DNA of 63,496 bases, filler included, from Octopus bimaculoides (taxonomy: Eukaryota): NCBI RefSeq assembly GCF_001194135.2. It is 6 parts of 5 records of this genome, joined end to end, with 100 filler letters (N's around TTAATTAATTAA, not from the genome) between each part and the next. Parts side by side here need not be neighbours in the genome. Positions count along the whole stretch, not along the records: positions 1 to 18,718 come from NC_068995.1; 5 more parts are not named here. One strand, 5' to 3'. Every line of letters starts with the position of its first letter. Positions within the stretch are counted from its first letter, which is position 1. Position numbers and translations under genes: made by a program. Shown one piece after another: positions 1-12,339 of the stretch. The notes under the pieces are model-generated. The model did not search any database. It saw nothing but the letters and a program-made list of their open reading frames with translations, and was not told the origin of the DNA.

Positions 1-885
1 AGACGAAAGATGGAAGGGATACTGGGAGCTGGCCACGGATTTGGGAAGTCTAGCAATTTTTCCACTTATAAAAACAACAAAAAGACCAGACTTAGTCATA
101 TGGGACACAGAACAGAGAATAGGAATCTTGCTAGAACTGACAGTACCATGGGAAGAAAACATCGACAATGCAGAGAAACGAAAGGAGAAGAGATATGAAA
201 AATTAATCGAAGAGTGCAGAGAACAGGGATGGACTGTCGAGTACTACCATCTGGCAGTGGGGGCTAGAGGCTTCATTGAAAGAAAAATGACAACGCTATT
301 CAAGAGAAGATTTGCGTTTTCAAACTCGGAACTTAGAAAACTGATAAGGAGTATACAGGAGGCGGTCGAAAAAGCCAGCTTATATATATGGCTGAAGCGG
401 GAAGACCGAATATGGCTTGAAAGTCATAACAAGTCTAGGTGAGACAGGCTGACAGTGAAGTGGCTTCGCGCCCTCCATTGTCAGTTAAAGTTCAGACAGT
501 GTCATGTGACAACTTGCTGGTGCTGCCTACTGGACCCTAGCAGCGGGAAATTTAGACAGTGTCACGTGACAACTAGCTGGGGCGGCCTGCTGGAGCCTAG
601 CAGCAGATATAAAAAGGGGAACTTGACACGACGATCAGTCGGACGCTGACACTCGTTGATGCTGCATCGAAGAGGCCAGGGAATAGAAGAAAGAAGACAT
701 GCACCCAACACCAGAGCTGAAGACACCTCCGAAAGGAGGGGCCCCGCCACGTCAAAACGGTAGAGGAGTAGGGGCCGAAACCGGACGTGGTTCCTCCTGA
801 TGATGTCTTCAGCTAACTGGATCCTATAAAGGAGCTGTTGTGGTAGCAGACCACGAAACATGGTTGAAATTCCTCCCCTAATGTT
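1..885 (+). mobile_element. 3' end of a HERO-like non-LTR retrotransposon (restriction-like endonuclease domain plus structured 3' UTR)
   Basis: Frame 2 is open from base 2 to the stop at 442 and carries the PD..(D/E).K-type RLE motifs typical of HERO/NeSL elements. A GC-rich 3' UTR follows to about 885; that end is approximate. Confidence 0.8.
2..442 (+). CDS. C-terminal RLE endonuclease domain of the retrotransposon ORF (5'-partial)
   Basis: DERWKGYWELATDLGSLAIFPLIKTTKRPDLVIWD..LLELTVPWEENI..AEKRKEKRY..L..EC..QGW...VGARGF...AVEKASLYIWLKR; uninterrupted to TGA at 440-442. Confidence 0.8.
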   Translation, partial: DERWKGYWELATDLGSLAIFPLIKTTKRPDLVIWDTEQRIGILLELTVPWEENIDNAEKRKEKRYEKLIEECREQGWTVEYYHLAVGARGFIERKMTTLFKRRFAFSNSELRKLIRSIQEAVEKASLYIWLKREDRIWLESHNKSR

Positions 886-1281
886 TTGATCTATACTGTA
901 AATTAGTAAAATAGTTATAATTCGTATGTAGCTGATGTGCCACTTATAGGGATGGGTGGTGAGACAATCTTCCCATCGGTCTTAGCCGATGGCCACATCT
1001 GTCTAATATGTGTAAGCAGCTATTCGACTAAACGCCACAAATAAGCAACGTACGGGCATTCGGTGATTGTAAGCAGAATGGTTTCGTTGCGATGAGTGCA
1101 TCTCAGACAGGCTTAATTTCAGCAATTACGTACCTGCAGAATTTCCATGAACCGGGAATTAACCCCGCGTCCATTCATTAGCACTGTCAGACCAGAGGGT
1201 TGTGGAAATTGTCCATGACTGCTTGACCAAATTTTTTCTTAATTTAACAGATCTGGATGTAAACAATGAATGTAAGAAGCG

Positions 1282-1400
<119 letters not shown>

Positions 1401-2291
1401 GAATAGTATTTCGGCTGATTTTCTATTGTATTGCCGTCCACAAGCATAGAAGTCATATGTATTTGAAGTCATATGCAATTGAGTATCATATACGTTGTTT
1501 CAAACTAGTTGCAATGGGTGTTGAGAACGTGTTAAACCTCACTGGAACATATAACCTCGAAGATACTTTAAGTAAAGTAACTAAATTTTGAACAAATTGA
1601 GAAATTATTCTGACACTCATAGACACACGCACACGAACCTACATATTATACAAACATATATAAATGAACATATATATAGCAAGCAGCAATTAAATAAAAT
1701 CGGTAATGAATTTCACTGGTATTATATCTGATTAGCCAAAGGAAATTAAAATCAATCTTGTTCTCGACAAGATTTGAATTCGGAACGAAATGGACCAGAC
1801 AAGTACTGATACATATTATGGGAGATGGTCTAACAATGTAACCAAACTGTGACAAAACATTATTTTTAAAATCTTCTTTGCATCTTTACTCAGTCTCTAG
1901 TGATTAATATTAACCACTCATATCTCAGGTATTCGTCAAAATTCTAACGAAAACACAGACGTTACAAGATCCAGGTTGTTTATCAAATAGAGACATAAAG
2001 ACAAAAAGCGAGTGTCGTGAGCGTGGAGAGTGTTGCGAGTAAGGATGTAAGAAATTCATTTATAATGCATCCACTTAGATTTCATGTTTCAGCAACATCA
2101 GACTGGATCTTCATACTTTTGGTAGATTTGTTGTAATTTCTTCCTCCATCTCACAGATGATTCCCTATACAAATACGCACACACACACATATATACATAC
2201 AACCATACATATATACATACATACCGACATACAGACTTACATAAGCGCGCGCGCACACACACACACTCACACACAAATACATACATACATA

Positions 2292-3437
2292 CAGGGGTTG
2301 GACAAAATAATGGAAACACCTAGCATCATAGCATCATCATTTTGACATATCTATAAAAATATCTATAAAATAAGCGTCAAAAGCTTATTTACTTTTATGT
2401 TTTTTTTATTTATTATTAGTGTCGCTTAATATATTTTGCTAAAATTGCTGTTTCATTCCAGATATTATCAGAGTATGGTAATTAAAATTCATTAAAATCA
2501 CAGATCTATCGAACTTTCGAAGAGGTGAAATTGTTGGTGCTCGTATGGCAGGTGCTAGCATAATGAAAACAGCTGAAATGCTTGGTGTATCAAGGCGTAC
2601 TGTCTTGAAAGTAATGGCAGCCTTTGAGAAAGAGGTGAAAACCTTCTCATCGAAACAAAATGTCGCAAAAAAACAAAACTTTCCGATAGGAACCATCGAA
2701 TGGTTACGCGAATTGTTAGAAAGGATCACGGAAATACAGCTCCCAAAATTACTGCAGTGTTTAATGACCACTTCGAGTACCCAATTTCACAAAAACTGTT
2801 CGCCGGGAGCTGCACAAAGCTGGATTTCACGGGAGGGCTGCAATCAGAAAACCACTACTTTCAAAAACAAACGTTTCAAAGTGTTTAGAGTGGAGTAAAA
2901 ACCTACAGAATTATTCCCTAGAGTAGTGGAATAATGTTATTTTCTCGGACGAGTCAACCTTTACCTTATTTCCGACCACTGCCCGAGTATACATGTGGAG
3001 ACAGCCAATAGAAGCATTTGACCCAGACTGCCTTCTTCCAACTGTTACACATGGAGGAGGATCTGTGATGATCTGCGGGGGCTATATCTTGGAAATCTGC
3101 CGGCCCAACGGTTTCCCTTCATGGCAGAATTAATAGTCAAGACAATTTAAGCATTTGATTTGATCAAATTTATCCTGTGGCTGTGGAACTGTTTCCGGAG
3201 GGAAATGCAATCTTTCAGGATGAGAATGCACCAATTCACACAGCTAAAGTTGTTACTGAATGGCACGAGGAACATTCTAGTGAAGTTGAACCTCTTATCT
3301 GGCCACCACAGACCCTAGATCTCAATATTATTGAACATTTATGGTGCATTTTAGAAAAACAAGTAAGGAGTCGATATCCTCCACCATCATCTCTTCAAGA
3401 AGTGGAGACTATTTTAGCTGAAGAATGGACAAAAATT
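2292..3437 (+). mobile_element. Tc1-family (DD34E) DNA transposon, frameshifted, right end lost at a gap
   Basis: TA then TIR-like CAGGGGTTGGACAAAATAATGGAAACACC at 2292, inside a (TACA)n tract. Transposase fragments: AEMLGVSRRTV (HTH), VIFSDES.F, GGSVMI, FQDENAPIHT, WPPQTLDLNIIEHLW. Confidence 0.9.
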
Positions 3438-3447
3438 NNNNNNNNNN

Positions 3448-3465
3448 CGTGTGCTCTTCCGATCT
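3448..3465 (+). other. Illumina TruSeq adapter/primer remnant (assembly contamination)
   Basis: CGTGTGCTCTTCCGATCT directly after a 10-N gap; identical to the 3' end of GTGACTGGAGTTCAGACGTGTGCTCTTCCGATCT. Confidence 0.93.
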
Positions 3466-3569
3466 CACACGCACACATGTATATATATATATATACATGT
3501 GTGCGTGTGTGCGTGTGCGCGGGTATGCGCGAGTGTGCGCGTGTGAAAACGTGCGCGCAAATTTACTGC

Positions 3570-4100
3570 TCAATGTTCACGGTACTGCCATGTTCCAGAA
3601 GATCAAGAAATGAACCAGCTACCATGAATTTTTGTACACTTTGTTGGCTTTTGAACTTCTTAGACCTTGAAGAAAAGGTGACGCTATTCCATGGACTGAG
3701 CCTTCATTTCCCTATCATAAATCTATACCCACACTTCAACGTCGCCAGTGTTTTTATCGATTTCAAACGCTTCTAGTTGATCAAGGCAAATTACTAACCT
3801 TTTCTCCCTCAAATTTGAAGTCAACCGCCATGTTAACCAATCTTCCCACACTTTCCAATGCCCAAATGTCCCTCATCATCTTCTGTACTGCTGTTGGATC
3901 AGAGTCCAATCATACAGCAATGTCACTGATTGTAACTCGTCTGTCTGCGCTGCCATAAGTTACTGTGCTCCATGGATCTCATACACCACAAAATATTCAC
4001 CTTCCACCGAACATATTTAAGAAGGACCTGTCACTTTAAGATAAAGAGAATTAAACTTACGTTGAATATGTGGTGGTTGTTAGCCCATGTTGCACTGAAG
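3570..4100 (-). mobile_element. Highly degenerate mariner-like transposase relic
   Basis: Minus-strand pieces resemble S.R.KKFK.Q.S..KFM...F.D..G and DRRVTI..IA; many stops and frameshifts. Confidence 0.45.
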
Positions 4101-4833
4101 GGCAGTGATAGCTCCCCAAGAACTTACTGGTCTGATTCAAATTTTGAAACTAATATTAGAGTTGAATTCAGTCTTAATATCTTGATGTTGCTATTGTAGT
4201 TTAGCCCAGTTTCATCCATAATGGAACTGATCTATGTTCAAAGCAAGTTCACAGATATACTTTTGTATATCGAGAACTACATTGGTCAATAGAGTATAGT
4301 TTTGTAATTAAGACGCTATCTTGTATTTTTCAGTAGATTTGGTTGTTATATCTAGGAAACCCGACTACTGTGTTGAGGCTGCTTAGATGTTACTTTTAAG
4401 TATATGACACTTACGTGTATTAGTAAGATTTCTGAAATATCTGACATGAAATTCCTCACTTAATAATTACTTGTGATACTGAGGCGTACATGTACCCTCA
4501 GATAATCAGCTAGAATTTACGAAAATCTCAACAATTAACGTTTAGTCGTTATTCAATTCACTTTAAGTTTGTCAATTCACCACTATAAAAAAAAATATAG
4601 ACTTACCCTGAATAGCACAAAGTCGTGTAGTAGACAACTGTCTCTCGCTAATGCCACTATAATCTCACCAAGGGCACTCAGACAATTTAATATCTTTGTG
4701 TGTACGCGTGTCTATGTGTGCACGCGTGCATCTGTTTATAAGTATCAGTTGATGTATTCATGGGTGTATTAATGCATGCATATATATATGAGCACATGTG
4801 TATAAATGCAAGTATATGTGTTTATATGTATGT

Positions 4834-4834
<1 letters not shown>

Positions 4835-4871
<37 letters not shown>

Positions 4872-5055
4872 TGACTGACTGACAGATAGATAGATAGATA
4901 GATAGATGAATATACATATATGTTTATATAGATGAATATACATATATGTTTATATAGATGAATATACATATATGTGTATATAGATGAATATACATATATG
5001 TTTATATAGATGAATATATATATGTGTATGTATGTTTATGTATATATATATATAT
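4835..5055. repeat. Compound (GACA)n/(GACT)n/(GATA)n microsatellite followed by a 26-bp minisatellite (about 5 copies)
   Basis: The unit GATGAATATACATATATGTTTATATA starts at 4905, 4931, 4957, 4983 and 5009. Confidence 0.9.
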
Positions 5056-5469
5056 CAACAAATCTATAGGTGTGCATTACATATATATCTGTGCGTATGT
5101 GTATGTATGTGTGTATGTACATTTGTGAGTGGGTTGTGATTATGTGTATGCATTTGTAAGCTTGTGGGTATGTGCTTGCGTGCTTTTCTGTGGTTGGCTG
5201 CCACTCAATGCTGTGCTGCCATTAACTGGTCTAACGTATGGCATGAAGGCAAAATTTTATCAAATTATTTCAACTTGAATCCATAAATCCATCTCAAAGT
5301 AATGGAAATAAATTAAAAACCATTCTGAGCATTTCTTCGTTTTCTTAAAGAGAAATCAGAAACGAGAAAGTAAGATAGCGAATCTGTATGTGCGTGAGTG
5401 AGTGAGTGAGTGAAAGAATAAGAAACTATAAGCAAAGAGATTACTAATTTTGAAAGCAAGATGGCGATG

Positions 5470-6200
5470 GGATAAATCTAATTGTTATATGGCGCCAGAA
5501 GGAGAATGGGTATAGAAAAGGTATTTAGATCAAACGTGACGATAGGTGGTCTGGCATAGATTAGCAGAGATTACAAATTGTAATCCCTGCAGAAATTCAA
5601 AGAATAACTAGATTACTACTTATTATTGCTTATCAACAGCGAGAGCCAAATCGCCAGAGCGCCACTGCTGTAATTCTACCAAGGAAACTGTAGAGAGGGA
5701 ACGAGAGGAAGCGTCGAAGGTATGATTGAAAGAGGAAAATATATAGAAGACAATACAAAGAAGAAAGAGGAAGGAAAATAGAAAGGCGGTTAAGGTGGTA
5801 GCAAATCAGAAAGCTTCATTAAGTAATTTCACTGGCTTTGAATTCACTGGTAGCCATTGATTTGATCTTTGATATCATTCTCTTTATGAACCTGTGTGCG
5901 TGTGTATGTGTGTTTGTGTGTGTGTTTGTATTTTTGTGTTTGCGTATCCTGAATATCATTCACTCCGTCCAAACAGCGGAATGTCAGTGAAACCAAGCGT
6001 GAAACTAAGCCAAAACTGAAGCTATTAATCGTATTGATAAATTTGACTGTCGTAGGCGTAGTTGCTGCAGTGGTTTGTCGATGCAATTCATTCCAGAATC
6101 GGACCCAGCCAATAGATTTGTCTTCCTTGATTAGGCTTGAAAGAAAGACATTTATCAGGATACGTTTGATTATATCACTACCTTTTTTATTGAACCTTTC
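5470..6200 (-). mobile_element. Possible very degraded LINE (RT C-terminal region) relic
   Basis: Minus-strand FWNELHRQ...VKFINTINSF resembles the WN.LP...F K..IN tail of Jockey/CR1-group LINEs. Weak. Confidence 0.3.
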
Positions 6201-7623
6201 ATGCAAACAAATTGAAAGACTTATTGCTCGAAAATAAGTACGGAGAGAAAGATGTCTCATTTGCTATTTCAAGATAACCCAGTTTATCTTCTCAATCCTG
6301 ACATACAGCTACACCTAAATTCGTCTGTTCTCTGTCGATTCTGTGAATAAGTGCAATATCAGAGAGAGATGAGAAGAAATGATGATTTCAGCAGCTTTTC
6401 TTATCTCTGAGAAGTTTGATAGGAAGCAGAAGCGAAGTTATCGCAGAAAGAATCAACAAGGCTGCTACTAGTAGTGCTTAATTCGTCAAAGTTGTCATTG
6501 ATATTGGTTATAGTCATAATTATAAACGGTATTTACCAGACATTATATCTAATGAGAAATCATATATACACAGATGCAAACACATTTCATAGATACACAC
6601 ATACACACGCTCACACTCTCTCACACACACGCACACAGAGATACCGTGACATTTCTGAATGCTAAGGATTTTTCAAACTTTCACTAAATCCATTCGAATT
6701 AGAATGACAAGTATGAAATTACAGTTATAAAAATAGTATGGGTTTTGTTGTAACATTATTCACAAATAAATCTTTAATTGAGCAAACTGCCGTAATTCCG
6801 TACATCCGAGTGATTTTACGACACCTCATCACATATTTACTTGTTTGTTTATTCAGTTATAAATTCTGCTATCTGGCCATAGATTATTTAGCACTATTCA
6901 ATGATGTTATGAACTACATTTTTACTTTATCATTATTATTTTCTGGAATGTTCTTCATATAAGAAATTTAACTCATTCAAATGCACTTCCTCTCCAAAGA
7001 CACGTTTGCAGTGTGTGCATACGTTGGTATATCTGCATGTGTGTGCGCGCGCGTGCGTGGTTAGGCGTGTGTGTGTGCACGCACGCACGCGCCTTTCTGT
7101 ATACATGAGTATGGTATGCAATTTCAGTTCCAGTCGCACTGCTAACGTCGAGTATGTTAGAACGCCCCATGCAGATATGTATTCTTGGGTAAACAAAGAC
7201 AAGTATGAGAAATACTCGTATTATTGTTTGAATTTTAATCTAACGCATTTAGTTTGTATCTGCTGTTGTATGGTCCACTAATAGAAAGCAAAGCAAAAAA
7301 CAGATTTACATAATATATATATACATTATGTATATGTATATATACAGCCACACACACACACACATGTATCTAACACGTACAAATTACGGACACCCCTTCA
7401 TATGTATGTATGTCCTTTAAATAATTTCACTGAATTGAATATACAAGAATGTGTTTGTCCGTGTGAGTCTGCATGTGTGTGTGTGAGTGTGAGAGTGAGT
7501 CCATGTGTGTGTGTGAGAGAGAAAGAGAGAGAGAGAGACAGTTTGTGTGCGAATGTATGTATGTATGCATGTATGTATGTATGTATGCATGTATGTATGT
7601 ATGCATGTATGTATGTATGCATG

Positions 7624-7655
<32 letters not shown>

Positions 7656-8129
7656 GTCAGTGAAATTTGTTAAAAGAGTTTTCTGAGCTACTGCCGGATT
7701 ATTAAACTGTCATACTCAGTTACTAATAATTCTATATTATACTAGCTGATGTAAAATATTCACTGAAATTGCTATATCCGAAACCATTAACTGCGTTTAT
7801 AATTTTCCAATCCTGCCTCCTTTGTAATAAAGTTCGTCGCAGAAAATCCACAAAAATATTCCATTCCTATCTATAGTATCTCCCCCAAGAGGTTTTACAA
7901 GTCAAAATAGGTCAACGTATGTTATAAACAGGCTAACGATATTACTGATGTACAGTGGAGTGGCTAGGATAGATCTTTAGAGTAGTGCTACCAAATAATT
8001 GCAACGGGTGCTGCTCAGGATTAAATGCTATTTTCTTGATATGTTTTGCGTTTGCTTTTGTTTTATCTCTTTTTTCTTTCTTTTCTTTTTGTTACTGTTA
8101 AAGAAGACACTATTGACACACCCCACATT

Positions 8130-8620
8130 GGAATACGCTTTGGAAATATCTCTGATCATAGAATCAGTACCAGTTTAGCGAGTATTGAATTGGTTGGACT
8201 GGTTGCAAATGTTAAGGAGGAAAGCATAAGGTCGTATGTGAAAGAGCTGATGATTTCGATAGTGGTGGCAAGTAAGTAATTTATATAGAAGGTGGAAAAT
8301 GGGGAATAAAACGGAACCCTTGCGGTATGCTAGTGTTGATATGATGAAAGACAGAAAAAGATTTCTGAACAGACACGGCAATAGCGCGAACTGATAGAGA
8401 GCTACTGATCCAAGAGATGAAAAACAGGTATACCCCACAGGCAAACAGTTACCATAGAAGATTTGCATCAGTGAAAAGCCTTACTGGTGATCACTGGTCA
8501 CAGAGGAGAGAAGGACACCAGCGGGTCCAACTTAACGGAAAATGAGTTGGTGGTCTTGAAGTGGAGACAGATAGAAAGGAGGGAGGAAGATTCAAGATTT
8601 TGGAGGATAACTTAATTAGG
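8130..8620 (-). mobile_element. Degenerate LINE reverse-transcriptase relic (Jockey/CR1-group-like)
   Basis: Minus-strand pieces SDHQ*GF and INTSIPQGSVLFPIFHLLY match the RT motifs SDHQYGFR and GVPQGSVLSP.LF.LY. Confidence 0.5.
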
Positions 8621-11600
8621 GGTCGTCTCTATTATAAATGAGTACGATGAGGAGATACTGGGCAGAGTCAGAGAAATTGCAGCTTTTTCAAAGATCAGAT
8701 TAGATGGTTGTAGAGAGGGGAATACTGAAATGTTTCGAGAGTATAGGAGTGGCTCTGAGGCTCAGTGTTTGAGAATAATGGAAGGGACACAGTCACGACC
8801 ACCGGTCCTGGAGAGTTTAATGAGGTGAAGCGAAACTAAAATAGAGCACAGCTATGTGTAATATTAAGAAATAGAGAAATGTGGCGAGCATGCAGAATCG
8901 GTACCGCACCGGAAACATTACATTCAGAGATGAAAGGCCAAGTCGCCGGGCTCGGCTTGGCCTTTCATCTACTTCGGGGTCGATAAAATAAGAATCAGTT
9001 GAAAACTGGGGTCATTTTGTGCCAACATTTGAAACCAGTATTATGAAATAGAGAATACCACTTTTATTTTTAAATTATAGCTCTATAATATTGTGTATGT
9101 ATGTGTGTGGGTGGCGGATTTATGTGTGTGTGCATACTGAATAATTAGCATACATGTAAGATAAAATAGTGAAGTATGTAGTGTTAAAAAGCAGAAATGT
9201 GTCGCTCCTCGATAATCACTATTATGTTTCCTTTTTAGCGCGTAATAGGAAAATACAAAGATTGGAGACAATATTGTTTGGAGACACGAAATCTTTGATA
9301 ATAATAGCTTTATATATTAACAACAAAACAATGAAAGTTCTTATAATCTAATTATGGTTGTGTTACAAACAGCAATTTGAAAGAAGATCTAACTCAGGAA
9401 GAATAACAATCAAAATAAAATCAGAAATGTTTTCTTTTAATTCAAGTATCGGAAATATATCGTCTGGATCGAATAAACTGCTACAGTTGTCTCATTTTAT
9501 ACGACTGCTCGGTGGTTTGGTTGGTTGGTTGGTTGGTTGGTTGGTTGGTTGGTAATAAACAAAAATCAAAGCATATAATATACAAGAAAGATACATGGCT
9601 AATGACAGACAAATTCATCCAACATATAGCAGGAATTAGCATCTAAAGTATTGGTGTATGCAATAACGTGAGTAAATGAAGACCAGCTGTATGTGTTGCA
9701 AAGTGACTTCTGTGTCAATACGTATGTATACATTTGAGCCGTTATCGTCACCATGTTGTGTTTACAAATTGGCAAGTATTCAATTGCGCCTGAATATAGA
9801 TTATAGAAAGCCAGTTTAATATCCTTCGAATGTAGGCACCTAAATGGAGGCTCATATCCTCCTCTGTTTAGAACGTATATATGGTTATGTCAATGTTTGC
9901 GGGATGCCTATGAGACAAGTGCAACTAAGTGATTCTGGGAATATGCTTCTTGAATAAAGCAAAACTAGTGAGTGGTCAGAAGTATGGTTGTGTACACTCA
10001 GATGAATAGCAAGTACTGCAAACATTTTCTAATTTATACCTCAGCGTAGCCCTATACACTGGAGTGATGCGTAGTATATGATACAAGGTCACATTAGGAA
10101 TTCATGCTTAATTTTATGAAGATATTTCGAAAACTCCGTTTCCTGCTATATTTACGTATGAGACAAAAATAATATTCTCATATTACTTAGATAATGTAAT
10201 GGGAAAATACCCTAAGAAAAGAAAAGTTAATGACTTCATCCAGGCATATTTTGCGTTCACTATCAGATTTTTCTACTTGACCAAATCGAAAAACATGACA
10301 GTGCACAAAATATGATTGAATAAATAATTTATGTATATTTTCCTTGATCGAATAATTTCGATCAGAATTAAATATGTAAGATTATCGACGTCTAGTGATA
10401 TAGAAATATAGCAAGAAGGCATTTCTGAACGCATTTGTCTAACAAATAAAATGTGACTCACATTATTACAGCACCCATTTTTTAGAAGCAAATATTGACC
10501 CCAACAACATAAATATAATGAAATACGTTCATTGCTTTGAATTGAATACATCTTTGCCAATAAGAAACACTCCCACTGACTTTATTTCACTCCATTTAAT
10601 TATTATTAGTCAACTAGGTAATTAATTCATTGATGTCCTGGTTAATCGTTTAATTGATCAAAGGGACGGTCTGGTTTGTTAAACCTATTCGTCGATATTC
10701 GCGATTTCTTTAATGGCATACCCTCGTTACTCCAACTCTTACTCACTGTTTCCATTTTTCTGTTACTGTATTTATAATTTATGTGTGCGATATCTGAGTG
10801 TGTGAACTAGTATGAAAGTAGATTTTGTGCATGTGTACATGCATAAGAAGTATGGTCGATATGGTTGTTTTTTGTTGTGGTATGTTTAGTAATTTTTTGG
10901 ACATCTTATGTGTGGGAGAAAACAATGAAATTGCTGCCAAACTTAGAAATAGCAGGCTGAAAGTTGAACAAGCATGAGAATAATGAATCTTTAGAAATGT
11001 CTTTAGCAAGGGTAACGAAAATTGCTTGTTCGCTAACTGGCGAAATGTTCTGAAAACAGGTTGCTGTAGTGGCGGAGTGTCGCGAAGCTACTTATATCTA
11101 ATATTGGCGCCGATATTTGAGTTACCAAAATGGTTCGAGATGACCAGAAGAATTGCACAGTTGACTCTCGTTTCTTCTTCACGCAATAGCTGTTAAAAGC
11201 GTTTGGGTGTTCTTTTGTTTGTTTTTTAATTAAAGACAATAAAAGTTTTATGACTGCTGTGATTTATGAAGGTTGTCGCTGTTGATGAGAGTTTCTCAAT
11301 GACCGACAAGGAGTCTAACGAAAATGAAGTTGTCTCTCGTCAGCAAATGAAATTGCTTTTATTTAATCTATTGAACAGGATCCAAAGGACGTTCTTTGAA
11401 ATTTAGGTTCCAAATAAATGCAGATAAAAAACGGTGAACGTTGATTCATAACAGAATTAGCGGAGATATGTTGATGAAATGTATTCATTTCTAGAAAGGA
11501 ATGAGCGGCTACATATGCGTATTTTACTAAAATTTTAGCCCGTGTTTCGTTGGCATTTTAGAACTACTTTTAAGAGAACTGTGTTGTTTTATGTTGATAT

Positions 11601-12184
11601 TTCGCTACAATTCGACTTTTTCCTAGATAGACCCTCGAATAGGGATTTTATGGAGTTCATGCTATTGAAATTTAGCAGTTGTTTAGTGATATAGGAATCA
11701 AATTTTGGTCATTTATAGTGCATGCTCTCATAGTGAATTTAGGTGAGTGGATAACCACTATTTGTGCTGAGTATGTTATAATATCCCTGCATACTGGGGA
11801 GTGACTTCTCAATCATATCAAACATCTTCTGCCACGCTTCCCCGCTCATCATACAGAGTTGAACTGTGGTATTTTACTTCAAGGTTGTTTGGAAAGTATG
11901 GGTTGTTTTTGTAGTGTCTGATGTTTATTAGATTTTAGTTCTAAACTAGTTTTTAACGTCTTAAATTAATATTCAGATCTAAATCACCTAAATTGTCTCT
12001 GTAAAGTCTTCACAATGAAATTCATGCCATATTCTTCCCATTAATTTTCGTCAAGTACATCAAAAAATACGAAATGCATGCTATTCAAACCTCAAATCAG
12101 AAAAGGCTTTGGAGAGTACAACTAATTTTTTTCTTACATATTTATTTCATTTATATACATATATATTTATTTATTTATTACATT

Positions 12185-12257
<73 letters not shown>

Positions 12258-12339
12258 AAGAAGGGAGGGAGAGAGATACATGTAAGTGTGCGTGCATACA
12301 GTCATACATACATACATACATACATACATACATACGACT

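Noticed and set aside
2091-2119. Micro-exon-like segment (tttcag|..|gtagat)
   Set aside because: Isolated, with no partner exons or homology.
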